From Amoebophrya sp. A120 (taxonomy: Eukaryota > Protista > Dinoflagellata), in assembly GCA_905178155.1 (NCBI GenBank), contig CAJINV010000003.1, forward strand, positions 4,871,863 to 4,935,862: a stretch of 64,000 nt of DNA, read 5' to 3'. This document shows, one piece after another, positions 25,594 to 38,600 of the stretch (position 1 is its first letter; every line of letters starts with the position of its first letter). The position numbers were made by a program, and so were the translations under genes. Under the pieces are notes generated by a model. The model had not been told where the DNA came from. It made no database searches and worked only from the letters and a program-made list of their open reading frames with translations.

Positions 25594-28392
25594 TCATGGA
25601 AGTGCTATGCCCCCCTGGCTGCGCCGCATCAACTGGCGAAACCAAGTTGGCGGCAGATTGTACTCGGTTTCTAGGTTTCCCGCAGCGAAAAACTCTTTCA
25701 TTAACGCACTAGAATCCCGGCCGGCGACATCTTTCAAAAACGACGAGCTTCCCACCGCGTCGAGTCGCTGCTCCATTTCGAAATAGCGATTTTGCATTTC
25801 GTCTTTGAGTTCGCGCGTGACGGCCAGTTCCTCGCGTGCCTTCTCGAGTCGTTCCGCCAACTCCCCGTTACGGGCGCTTGCCGCTTCGAGTTCCGCATGC
25901 ACGTTTTGCAGCTCGTAAAGTTCCTTTCGCTCGTTCGCGAGCAGTTCCGCGGTGTCGTTTTGCAATGCCTTCGCGACTTCAAGCTCGTGTTCCAGCCGAG
26001 CCTTCTCGTTCTCCAACAGCGCCTTGTCTTCGCCCAGAGCGTAGGTCTGTTCGCGCTCCACGTCCAGGAGCGTCTGGAATTCGGTCACAGACTTCCTGAG
26101 CTCGTCCACGATCGCCAAGTGCCTCTGTTCCTGCATGCGGAGCTCGTCCCGGAGTTCCTCCCGTTCACCCCGCGCCGCCCGGAGCGCGTCCTGCTGGAGC
26201 TGCAGCTTGTCGCTGAATTGCTTCTCCAGCAGCATTTCGTTGGTTTTCGTGCCGTCCTTCACACGCTCCTCCACGGAGTGCGCCGCTGTTGCGTCCAGTT
26301 TCTGCACGGACTGCTGCAACGCCTCCAGCTCCTTGGCGTGTTGGCCCACGGTCGCGGACAGTTTCAGTTCCAGTTCGCTCGCACGCAGCGCTTCCCGAGC
26401 CGCTTCGTTCGCGGCGAGCGCCTTTTCCCGGCGTGCCTTGTCCAGCTCGCGATCTGCGGCTCGTGCAGTCTTTTGCGCGGCGTCGGCGACCGTCGTGAAC
26501 GTCTTCAGTCCCTCGGAAAAGCGCCGCCCACTTCGCGCCTAGGAAATTTGGTAATATCGAGAAAAACTTCCTGTTTGGAAAAAATGGCGATCCCGGTGGA
26601 TGAGTCACATTTTTATTGAATTCAGTGGATTACGTAATAGGTAACTTCGGTACTTACCATAAGTTCTTCGGTATCCTCGACGCAGTCTCGAAGCAGATCC
26701 CGCTGTTGCTGTGCGAGTGGGGAAGGGACCACCGGCGGCGTCATGCTGTTGGAAGACTGCATCACACGCGCTGGCTCCAGTCCGACGACGTGGAGCTCCT
26801 GCACCAGGAAGCGGCGAACGCTTTCCTGCAGCACGTGGTCTGGGGGGTGGGGCCCGCGGAAAACTAGCCGGCTCAGGCTCGATTCTAACGGCGCAATTGC
26901 AAGGGCGCCACTTCCCTCGACGTCCTCTGCCTCGTTCTCAACTTTTTTGATTGCTTTATCCACTCGGCTTTCGCTGCCCACAACGAAAACGCGGTCAATT
27001 TTACCCGTCAGCTGCAGTGCGATGTGGCGCGTGTACCCAAGCAGTGAGTTGAAGGCGGTCTGGAGATCGAGGTAATCGCTCTGCAGCTGTTTTTTCTGCC
27101 GCGTCTCGTGGTCAAGGAGCTGGGCGGCAGACGCCCCGGCGAGGAATTGTTCGTGCGGTAGAATGACTGGCGGCAAGTTCTGCGGCGTGACAGGGGTCGC
27201 GCTGGCAGATGGCGCGTTCCGATCTTCGGACTCTTGCAAGACCTCCTCACTCTGCCTCAAGTTCTCGTAGTTCGGCCCCCGGCCTTGTGGTTCATCTTCG
27301 GTTGTACTGAGCATCTGGGCCGGCACGTCGGTTATTGGCCCCGCAGAGCCCCCTCGCGGCGCTGGTTCGTATTCCTCCGGTGCAACAGGTGGATCTCCTC
27401 CAGTCAATGTTCCAGACTGTCCGTGCACGATTGTATCTCGCGGATCTTCCTCTTCTGGCGTGCTGGCGTTGGATACGACTCCTCCCGCCTCGACCGCGTC
27501 GGTGTCATTGCTCGTAGCTTGCTGCGCCCGATTCATCATCGCTAACTCCTCGCTAGAGCTGCTGCCGCTCGGCGCCGGCAGCGCTAACGTTTCGTTTTCT
27601 TGTGAGTGCAAATCAGCGTGCGTTGCGGTGGACTCTGCACCGCGAGGAGGTTCGTATAGCGAAAGACTTTCCGCACGTGCGACACCGGAGCCCCGGGGTG
27701 CTTGTTCCGCGGCGGAAAGACGGGCGGTGTCACTAAGACCGAGAATCGCAGCTCTCTCATTTTCTGCCTCGGCTGCTTCGGTTGCTGAATCTTTACTGGG
27801 CGGGACAGCCTCCGCAGCCTTGTCCTGTTCTGCGTCTGGCACCGGTAGAAACGACTCGTCATGCTCCTCGGACCCATCTATGAAGCCGCCATCACTGCTC
27901 GATGCAACAGAAATCGCGTCCAGCACGGAGTACGTATCTTCTTGGTGAATGGTTTGGAGCACGCGCAAGAAAAATGGGAAATCCAACCCACCATCCCCCT
28001 TCTGCGACGCGACGACCTGAAGAAAGAAAGACCCAGTAGCAGCTAAGCTTAAACACAAGAAGCACATCACACTGACTACGTCGAGTTCGAAGCTTAAAGT
28101 AGCAAATTCATCAGGCGGGTCATCCTTGAAGTATCGACCAAAGAAAACATCAGACCCTACTACAACCACGTACTTTGTCGTGCAGTCGAGCGCAGGCTTC
28201 CACGGTTGGCGCATTCGGCACACCCTCTAGGTGGATGTCGGTGAGGGCCTTGTGGAACTCGGCCGCTGTCAAGTACCCCTTGGAACTGCGGTCGGCATCC
28301 GTGTAAAGAGTGCGCAGACCGTCCAGCTCCTCAGGATCGAAAAATTCCAAAAACTCCTTCGCCTCTTCCTCGGACAAGCCATGAGCCGCCAT
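25594..28392 (-). CDS. Three-exon EF-hand plus C-terminal coiled-coil protein
   Basis: EF-hand-like DADRSSKGYLTAAEF and KGDGGLDFPFFL. Introns AAA|GTACGT...tcag|GTC and ATG|GTAAGT...cctag|GCG join the ORFs in frame. Heptad-rich E/L/R C-terminus. Confidence 0.7.
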
Positions 28393-28706
28393 TTTGATTC
28401 ACTGTGGAGGTGGGTCAGACACAATTCTTGCACTTTTTCGCTCCAACGGACGAGCGAGAAAAAGCCGCGTCCCTCCAAAGACGAGCAGGACAACGTTGAA
28501 TTTTACGGAATAAATTGGCTTTCAGCCACACAAATTCCTCTCAAGATTCAAACATACTCCCGGCGAACAAAAAGGATGCAGCATCAGCAGTACCAGGATG
28601 GAGAGTCCACTGCTTGAGATAAGTAGCTTCTCAGCTGCTCGTGCAGCCCCAGTGGCTCTTTATAACTTTCGTGAAGATAGAGATGGAAGATTGATTGATA
28701 TTACTA

Positions 28707-29186
28707 TCATTGATCTACTTGCTGTCGAATGAGCTCTCCCAGTGCAGCATCGTGCTTTGAACTCGCAGATGGGAGAAGATAGTCTGTCACTTGCAGAATC
28801 TCCGGGTGGTCGTGAAGCTCCTTCGCGGTTGCAACCATCATAACAGGCAAGTTTGCTCGGTGCAGTGCCTTCGCGAACAAAATTGGGTCGAGACACAGAA
28901 TCAGGGAGAAGTCCTTGGTCGCGGTTGCGATCGTTTGCTCGTCCACGCGTGGACAGTGCTTGTACGACGGTGCGAGAGTCTTTGAGCTGTTACTCGTACC
29001 GGCTGCTGGTGACCCAGCAAACCAGTTCACGCCAAAATGGTTGCGGTTGCCTAACACCAGTATGCGCCCCGCGTTATCCCTGACCAGCTTCAGCAGTTTA
29101 AATGCTCGCTTGTAGTGGATCAGCAGCGAATAGGGGTCCGTTATGTACGAAGTGCGCAGGCTGCTACGCACTTGGTGGAAGTTCAT
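28707..29186 (-). CDS. Short divergent ribosomal protein uS2-like protein (possibly mitoribosomal)
   Basis: YITDPYSLLIHYKRAFKLLKLVRDNAGRILVLGN...LILCLDP...ANLPVMMV resembles uS2 (IDL...L.RA...I.....G.ILFVG...V.DP....IPVI). Confidence 0.5.
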   Translation of the reverse strand: MNFHQVRSSLRTSYITDPYSLLIHYKRAFKLLKLVRDNAGRILVLGNRNHFGVNWFAGSPAAGTSNSSKTLAPSYKHCPRVDEQTIATATKDFSLILCLDPILFAKALHRANLPVMMVATAKELHDHPEILQVTDYLLPSASSKHDAALGELIRQQVDQ

Positions 29187-29539
29187 ATTTTGCCAGTGTT
29201 GGCGGTCCGCTTTTCCGTGTTCTAGACAAAATGTGGAGCACTCGATAGTAGCAGGCTCACATATCTAAATTGCCAGATCCCGCCCTCGCAGGGCGAAGAC
29301 GCGACACGAAGATACTTAGATGGAAAACAGGTACTAGAGTGATAAATATCAGTAAACAAGAAGCGACCGAGTAGCATGGAACACGACGGAGTCCGATACG
29401 CTCGCCCTCGCGCAAGAGCACTGAGCGCCGCTCCAATGAATGCGATCTTGTTTTGGCACTAGTATCACTAGTGTTGACAACGTGTGATAATTTTACACCT
29501 TGTTTCGTGTCAGAATCACAGCGAAATTTCAGTCGTCCA

Positions 29540-31807
29540 CTAGTTCCCAATGAGCCGTGCTTGTTCTGTGAAGAAGGTCTGGAATTGAAGCAAATCGGCT
29601 TCCACAATCCCGAGGCTCTGCAAGTGCAGCAGGGCTTCTAGGATCTTCTCATCCCGTGTGCTCTTCTTGAAACGGTTGAAGTACGTGGAAAACTCTTTGA
29701 CGTATTCCTCAGCCAGAAAGCGTCGGACCGAGTGTGTGTCCAGGTATTTGTTGATTTGGTCCATGGCTGTGAGCAGGTCCTTGACAAATTGAATCGCCTC
29801 GCCCATGGCTGTACTCACCGCATTGACGTTGTCCGCACTTTCCACCAGCGCGAGGCGGCTAGCCATGCTGCCGCGCACGACGAGAATCCTTTCCCGCAGG
29901 CGATCCTCCGCGCTCTGGCGCAGCTGCAGGGCGAGGCGCAACAGTGTGGTCGCCGCGGCTGCGGACGTTCTACGCATCCCGAAAGTAGTCAGGTACTCCG
30001 ACAGCACGTTGCAACTGTGGAAAAAACTCAGGCAGGCCGGGGTGTCGCGGCTGAGATCACCTCGCTGCGTACTCCTGACCAGGAGGAAGAGACTAACAAG
30101 GTCTTCCGCCGCCGCCAAACTCTCCGATCCGGACGCAGTTGTTGCCTCCTCATTCAGCGGGCCCCCGGCCTCGAGAACGGCTCGCAGAAGGCGCCAGAAT
30201 TCCGCTGTTTCTTGCTCGTCTTTATTGCCGTCGGCGCGATCACTATTGGTTGCCCCCAGTGGCTGCAGCTTGGAAGATTGCGGGCTCGCTGCGAACAACA
30301 ACCGCCGGCCCTGCTCGAGCAGGGTGCCAATCCGTTGCTGCGTTTGCTCGTGCTGGTGCCGCAGAAGCAAATCGCCCACGACCGCGAGCGAGTGCAACCC
30401 GGCGTCCCGCGTGCGCGTTTCCAGAGTCTCGACCGTCGCACTGGAAAATGAGCTTGTCGTGTCTTCTTGCAGTGAAAAACCGTCATCCGCCTCGAACATC
30501 CTATCATGGTCGACGTCTTCGTCTTTCGACCGCCCTCGCCGGAGATCCAGACTGCGACGGGGGGAGGCGGCCGAGCCCATGAGTCCCTGGGCGGTCGCAG
30601 ACCAAATCCGGTTACCCCCGATGTCCGGACTGAGTGACAGCTTTCGGTGCAGAAACAGCAAACAGGCGACCAGCGCGCCACCGGCGTCCAAAAATTCGAC
30701 TGGCTTCGTCCCCTCGACGCCGGCGTCGCCTGGTCTCGCCTCAGCCACCTGCCATACACAATAACGCATTTGGGCCCCTGTTTCTGGGTCAATGTGCTGC
30801 TCTGTACGTGTCGACACCGAATGGCTGGTGGATTTGTTGCTGGCGGGAAAGTTGTGCCGCAAAAAGGAAATAATTCTTCTGGAAATGCTCTCGACTCGGC
30901 GCTCCAAGAGGTCCGGAAAACGGTCGAGCGACGCCCAGAATCTTCGCATGCAGACAGAGTGCGCGCCACCGGCGGGATTGGTTTCATCGTCTCCGTCGAC
31001 GTACCGCACACGTAGCTCCGAGTTGCTTGTCAACAGCAAGGAGGAGAACCACCGCTCCATGTGCGCCAGCTCGGCAACCGCGCACTGCTCGATCTTGGCC
31101 GCGATGCGAGACGGCAATGCTAACTTTCTGCAACTCGAAGGGACCAGGGCGCCGGACGAAACGGCCTGGAGACTCTCCATCAGAAAGACGAGGAACCTGC
31201 AAGTACTAGCATTACGTGAAGAGAAGACTCGTCTAAGAACAAGCTAAAACTACTCTACTTCCGTTCTGTGAAGATTATCGCCTTATTCTGACAAGAAAAA
31301 CCTCAGTGTCGTGAGAGTGCGTCGGAAAGGGGAAAAAGATATTACCAACGTAGCACTTAGCGTATAGGTATACAAAAAGATTCAATAAAAGTATGAACCC
31401 TACCCGTAATCCGTAGCTTTTTCGGTCTGTCGCGTAGACACAAGATGCTCCAACCGCGTTAATTTCGAGAGCGTCTCGCGTGCGTGCTTCTGGAGGGCGA
31501 CTCGTTCCCGCAATCGCACACAGGCCTGATTAGCGGTCTCCGCCTGCTGGATTTGAGCGAGCAGCAGCTCCGACGCACCGCCATTCCCTCGGGCGAGCAC
31601 GTCTCTGCAGAATGCCAACTCTGTGGTTGCAATGCGTTCCAACGCTGGCTGGTTGCGCTCCCACTTCTGGTTTAGCGCGTTTCGGGCAACGGTTTCACGC
31701 CGATCCAATTCCTTGATCCGTCGTTCCAAAACTTCCTCGTCGACGATCCGCGAGGAGGACGACGAAGCGGAAGTAGACGTAGGCGGCCCACCGGGTGCAG
31801 ACAACAT
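29540..31807 (-). CDS. Two-exon alpha-helical hypothetical protein (possibly a vesicle-tethering-type subunit)
   Basis: ORFs 31400-31807 and 29540-31180 join in frame via TAC GG|GTAGGG...ttgcag|G TTC. N-terminal coiled coil. The function is a guess. Confidence 0.6.
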
Positions 31808-32624
31808 ACCTTCACGACCTCGCGCAGACGTCTAAAAAGTTACGAAGGTTAAGTACATGTTCATGTAGAATATGATAAAGATTTTTTATGAGATAAAGGC
31901 AAAAAAATCAGTCGCGGATTTGTTTTTACGCGGAATGTGGACACAAGCGATGCGAAACAAGAAAGATCGCTGTTGAAGAGGGTCGGATACTTCTTATCCT
32001 CATTTTAGGACTAGCACTAGAGGCAAGATGAGACGCATTTAAGGGGAATTACATATTACATAGATCGAATTTTTTTATCAATCAGCCACCGGTCACAGTG
32101 GCTTGCGAATCGTAGGATCCTTTCAGCCTGAGTGATGTGTAAGTATAGTCTCACTGAGCTTTCCGAGATGAATGGTAGGTACACATAGTCAGTGAGAACA
32201 ATTGCTTCACCGATCTGCGCGTTCTCACGCAAACTGTAACTCGATCGGTATCGGTTGTCGCGCTTTCCCGCATGATGATTTGTTTCTTTTATCCCATATC
32301 ATGCACAGGAAATTTTCTAGTACAAGAGCCGGCGCCTGTTTTATTCTAGGAATCCACGCCTGCGGCAGTTCGAGAGCTGCCCTGTTGGTAGGACCGGACG
32401 CGAAAGCGAAACCAAAAACCATAAAAACATAAGCCTGAAGGGCAGAAGTCTATATTTGCAAAATGAAACCTGGTTGTGAAGAAGATGCGATGAAAGTGAA
32501 ACCCAAATCGACACGCGATGTGCCATAATTCAAAAAAATCTCCAATCAAAGGTGCTATTAAACGACTGGCGTACTTACAAACGCAATAGCACAGGGTGGA
32601 AACGCGCGTCGAAACCGCTGACAA

Positions 32625-35600
32625 TCAGATGCCTTCCACAACCAAAACGCTCAGCGTTTCCGGGAGGTAGTACCCGGACGCGACCCACGCGGCGTGTGCT
32701 TTGGCGGTCGACGGGCCGTTTTCCGGCAGGCAGTCCTCACGAGCGGCGGATTGCAGTTTTATCTCGTGAGTGCCTTCCTCATTCTGCCTCATGCGGATCG
32801 CCGACCTGCGCAACCGATTGGATGTGGCATCCGTTGCAAAAACTCGAGGTTTCTGCAGGTCCAAGGTCGGAATGCGTACCCAATTTGTCTCGTCCACAAC
32901 GAGCTTGCCGGCCCAGAACCGGCGGCCGTTCGGAAACGTTCCCAGAAGTGCGGTGGCGTCTGCAGGCTCGTAGAGGGCACTGTCCGTCTCCTTGTCGTAC
33001 ACGGTAGTATCCGTGCACGGTGTCGCCAAGTACGCGATCTGCTGTGGCCAGGAGAGCAAAGGAGGACCATTTTCGGAAGCCTCTTCGCCAACGCCTGCTC
33101 TTTGTTTGTGGCCGGTTTTGTCCGCACCGGTTTCTCCGATCAACTCTCTGACTGCCGCGAGCGCAGCAGCGGTCGCATTTGTACTGTTCATATCTGCGGT
33201 CGAGTTGTTCGCGCTCCCGGTTGTATTAGCAGTTGTAGCGTTGTCGGCCATGGTGACATTGAAATTCAACTGCTCGTCGAATTCCGCAGGCGTGTCCAGC
33301 ACTTTGAAGTTCCACTTGTCTTTGACGCCGTCCCACCACTCCAAAAGGTTTTCTTCCAGCGCCGCAGGGTTGATATACGCTCCCTGCTCTATTGTTGCCT
33401 GGAATCCCGCGCTGGTTATTTCGCGGAGCCTCGGGCGTCGCCATCGCGGCACGTCCCAGGCAAAGTCCAGGACGGTTGTCACGACCACTACGCACTGTGC
33501 GCCCTCAAACGGACGAGAAAACTCAACGTCCGCAAAGGGCTCGGCAGCGGAAAGAATCAGGTCTGCGTAGCCGACCAGAAACGGGGACGCACCCGCCGCG
33601 CCAGTCTCCAGTGACTGCGTACTGTCAGTGTCATCTAGCATGAAATAGTTTTGGAAGAGCGTCAAGCCCGCACTTTCTGCGTTTTTGCCTTTCCCAAAAT
33701 TATTGCTCAGGCTCGCGGCAGCCCCGTAGTACTCTCCGCCTTCGTATCGCGTTTGCAACAATGTTGTCGCCGAGGGTGGTGTTATGCTCGTACCGGCTTT
33801 TGTCTTCCACTGCATTGCTAGAAAAGGCACTTCCTCTGCCGCGTGGACTCCGTCCGCGCCGCAGCGCTGCAATTCGAGCAGACGAATGGTAAAGTTTGTC
33901 GTTCCGTCCGGCGCGCTGATGCTGGGGACCACTGGCGCGTCGCCGTTGAAGCTCGGCACGCCCGGTAGCACGAACACTTTCCCGCTGGCGGGTTCAAAAT
34001 CTATGCCGCCGTAGCGCTGCAACTTGAGGTCGATTTCATACCCGGGGTTTTCGTCTGGACCGGGGATGTCAAGAGTCACCTGGCTCGCTGCTGGAAACAG
34101 GTTTGCCGGCGCCTTGTGCGGGGGGTTCCGCCCTCCCGGGAACACCGCAAAGGCCAGTTGCGCCACGCCCTTCTCTGTGCCCGTACATCCGTGAATTTTC
34201 ACTTGGACGTCGTGCTGCCCGACCCGCCGCATTCGCACAGACGCGGGTGCCACGGTGGAGCTGAGAATTTGCACCAGCGGGGTCGGGTTGCGGAGTGCAG
34301 GATCGAAGGGCAGCGAAATCCAGGTGTTGAAGTGCTCCTCGTCGATGCCGATTAGACCTGACGAGAATGGCCCCAGGACCCTGTCGTAGTTCTTTTCGCC
34401 AATTCGCAGCACAAGCAGAGCGAGCCGTGACACCTTGCTGGCGTCCCCCCCGTCCGAAAACGCCGCCACCTCCAAAAACCGGGCTCTCCGCCTGCCGAAG
34501 CGAACTGCGTAGAACGCGTCGTCCGAAGCCTCCTGGATACTTGCGAAGATGACGTATTCCGGAGTTGCGGACGACGTGGATCCCCTGGGTTCGGGAATCA
34601 GTCCTTCGGGCAGGCTTATTCGATCCCAAGAGGGGGAGCCAGAAAACTGTGAACATAGATATTTTTGTATGAGTTAGTACGTTCGAAATTTTCTGATTGA
34701 TTACGGACTCGGACCATTTCGTGATCATCTACAGGAGCAAGACATATAAAAAAGCAGTCGTACCGGCGACACGGACGACAGGTCTGTTTCGACGACGTAA
34801 GAGAGCCGCGTCCTCCCAGCCAGGACCGTCACCCAAGGTGCAATCTCGGAGCCGTGCAAATCCGCATACCCTTTGCATGTCTTCGGTTCTGCCAGCCGCA
34901 CCACCGGATCGGGTCCCGCGATCCCGGGAGCCTTCACAATCTTGGCTTGGGCCACCTCTGCCGAATTTTGCGTGAGCGGTCCAAAAAACAGAAGTTTCTT
35001 GCTGGACACCACGTGCCCCCGCATGGGTCGGGCTTTAAACCCTAAATCCGCCTCGAAGTCCATGTGCGGGAACATCGGCGTGGTGCTCGCCGCGGACTTG
35101 ACGCACGCCGCAATGTCCCTGCAGGCAAAGGTCATGGAGCGGTCGTCGGACGTCGATAGCTGGAGCGCCGCGTCGTCGACTTTTCGCATGATCCACGCCA
35201 CCAACCCGCCCAGGGTGTACACCTTCGCTTGGTCCTGAATCAGAAACTGCGCCGTTGGCTCCAACACGGTGTTGTTCACCAGCCAGCCCCTTAGCGTCAC
35301 GGGCGCGTTGTTGCCGTGGTACAGGAGGTCGGCAAACTCGGTGAGCATGATGCCGCACACCTGATCCAGCGACCCGGCCACCTCGAACACCACCAGCCGC
35401 TCCTGCACCGCCTTCTCGAGGGCGCCGGCGTACGGTGCCTGCTGCCGCAAGTACTCGACAACGTCGCGCTCCGTGGGCTCGAAGGTCAGCACGTTCGGCA
35501 AGGCCAGTTTTTCGGTGGCGGGCATCTTGAACGCTTTGCGTAGATCATCGAGAACGTCGTCGGTCGAGCGGCTGGCATCCTCGAAAAGGGGGGCGATTTC

Positions 35601-38600
35601 TGTTTCGAACGTGACGTTCCGCACATCCAGGAGTTCTCGGCCGGAACCCGTGCGGTTGTTCGCGTAGAACGCCGTGGCCAGGTGCTCCCGCACCCGGGTG
35701 CGAAACTTGATGGGCGCACCGGACTCGTCGACACCCTCGTGGAGAAAGACGCCGACCTTTTCCATGCGGTGCGGCTCCATCCACCCGCACTTTTCGACGT
35801 TCTGAATCTTCAGGTAGACGCCGTCGGGTAGGACGCGGTAGCGCAGTACTGCGGGTGTCGCGTCGTGTTGGGACTGGATGGTGGCAAAGACTTTCAGGAA
35901 AGGCAACAGGCTCATGTCGACTGAGTCGATCCGCGCCCACCGATCGTCGACGTCCATTATCAGTGACGCGTAAAAGAAGCCTCGCTCGACGGGAGGAACG
36001 AGCACTAAACGATCTTGCATCGCAGTGACGTTCGGGCTCAGCAAGCCAGCGGCTTCGTCAATCCACTCACGAACCTGAAAAAAGTATCATAAGAACTGTG
36101 AGAGGTAGTCGCTGCATCGAATCAATCATGCCGCTTCAAGAGAAGCGACCTCAAAATTTGCGCGCACATGATCAGACGTGCGACGCGAGCAATGAATGGT
36201 GTCTGACATGGTAGTTGAAGTTGTGCCAAAAATTGTCTGCGGAAATAAGCGTAAACAACGAGACTTACCTGTCCTTTCGTGTCCGCGACCGCGAAGTACG
36301 ACGCTTTGATCGTTTTGTTGTTGAATCCGTTAAAACGCGCGGGCTCGCCGGTCTGCGCGACACCAGGCTTTGCCTCCGCCGGAAACGGCTTCGTCAACCG
36401 CACAGAGAAACCCTGCGGTAAGACCCGTGTCACCCGCGCGACCCGCTCCCGCGCACTGTATTTTGGGCCCAGGCTGATGATGACGATAACACTTGCGTCG
36501 GGCGCAAAGGGCGTGCGAAACGGGACGTCGTTTACTTGCGAACTGATGTACCAATAATAGCCGCGTCCGCGGAGGTAGTGAGGTCATGGCGGTCTTTTTG
36601 CCTTTACGCCAAAAAAGACGCAACTTCTCTGCCCACCATGCCATCGTGAGTAATGTTATGCACGACGGTACGGCGGTCGCGAAAAATCTCATTCCAGGGC
36701 TGGCCTCCGTTTGGTTTCGAATCGAAAAACCTTCCCCGCATGCTATGGCCCCGCCAGGGCCCGCGCCAAGGACAGGCCCTTGGGAGCCCCAAATCGGGCC
36801 CATAGCATGCGGATTGGCTTTTTGCTTTTGGCGGACTTTGTTTTTTTGTTTTTTTTTTTTGCAAGATGCCGCATCTTCTGGCCTTCAGTCCGCCTCTGAA
36901 ATGGCGGATTTTGGTGGCGTCTTTTCCGAGGCCCGAATGTGGGCCAAAATTAGGCCCATACTATGCGGATTCGCTGTTTTTTACGGAGTGCTGCTTTTTG
37001 GGCGCCCCTTTTTGGGCGCCCCAAATCGCCAGAAACCAAGGCGGTGGGCGCCTCAGAAGGGCGCCCCTTTTGGCGGCTCCCTTGCGTCGTTTTATCAAGC
37101 GTGAATCGATAGAATCCGCTCGCGCTTGTTTGACAGCAAGGCCCCGGCCGCTTGATAAATGGAAATCTTTTACTTTTATGTCCAAAAACACTTCCGCACG
37201 CTTGAAAACTGCCGGTCGTTTTGCGTAATGCATGGCAAAAAAACCGCTAGATTAGAACGTTCGTGACCTCACTACATACGACAGCTGTGCGAAACCGGCC
37301 TCCGCGTCCTCGTGCGGTGTTTGGATGTCCCAAACGGAATACGAGACTTCCTCGGACCCGTGCCCACCGGTCAGGTACCCCGGCACGCAAGATTCCAGGT
37401 TGTACTCGCGCACCCGGGCCGAGAACGTCTCTCCCTCCATCGCGTCCATCGCAGCGAAGGCCGCGTCCGGTTCGTTTTTCGCGACTGGCCCAAGAAGCAC
37501 TACCAGGCGCTCCTTGTCCGCTGCATCCCCGTGCGCCCCCGTTTTTATCTGTCGGGTTTCAGAGGAAAGACTCACACTGCGGATCGTCAGCGGATTTGGT
37601 CCTGCCGGGGGCGGTGGCTCCTCGGGTTCCTCGTCGTCGCGCCGATGTTGAAATGCAGTATCTGAAGTGCCGTCGGCACCTATTTCTGTAAGTGCTAGCT
37701 CCTGCAAATGTACATTAGAGTGCGATGCTTCATCGATTGCACTTGGTTTTGAAAGCGTCGTTCGTATTGGAGTCGGATAATGCTCCTCAGTTTCCGAGCC
37801 GCCGTTCATTCCACGAGGGGTCCGACCTTCTTCCAACACTACGAAGCCAAGCCGTTCGCGCTTGGACGCTCTACCCCAAACGCAGGAGCCTTGTCCGCGA
37901 ATGCGCTGCGCACGGACGGTTATTTCCCCGGTAGAAGCGACTTCTGTGCGAAGCAAGAGAGGTGCGCGGTTTTCCGCCGTTTGCAGCGCCGCAAACACCC
38001 GCGGTGGAGTGGACCCACGTCTCCTCAAATCGGTTGCCTTGATGGGCAGTTCGGCAGGCTCATCCTCTGCAATCGAGACTACACCTGAGTGATACAGCAA
38101 AGGCGTTCCCGGCAGCACCGTGGTCCGCAATGCAGAACTCCGTTCCTCCACTCTTTTGCTTTTCTCCCGGACCACCGCATACCCCAGACGCACAGCCTTG
38201 CTGCCGTCAAACAGCCCTGCGGGCACGTCGTGCGCAATGGGACGAAACTGTACCTGAAATCCGGCAGGCGTCACGTGACGTATCCGTGCGATCACTGCCT
38301 TGGTCGCGCCGGAGGATAATCTTTCACGGGCTGTCGAATCATCGGCACGTGGAAAAATTTCCTGAATGGTGGGCAGGACAACGAACGACGAAGAGGCAAC
38401 TGCAGGCTCGATTCGCGATGATTCGGCCCAAGTGACGCTATGCCACCTCTTCGTGAGCGGCAGCTGCACCGAGTCGCTGCGAAAAAATGACCCAGCAGAC
38501 GTCCTCGACGCTAGCCAAGGCAAATATGGAGATTGGCGGTTTGTCGCATCAAGTAGTGGCTCGGCTTCGCAGTCCGGGTGATGTGCAAACGCTAGCTCTT

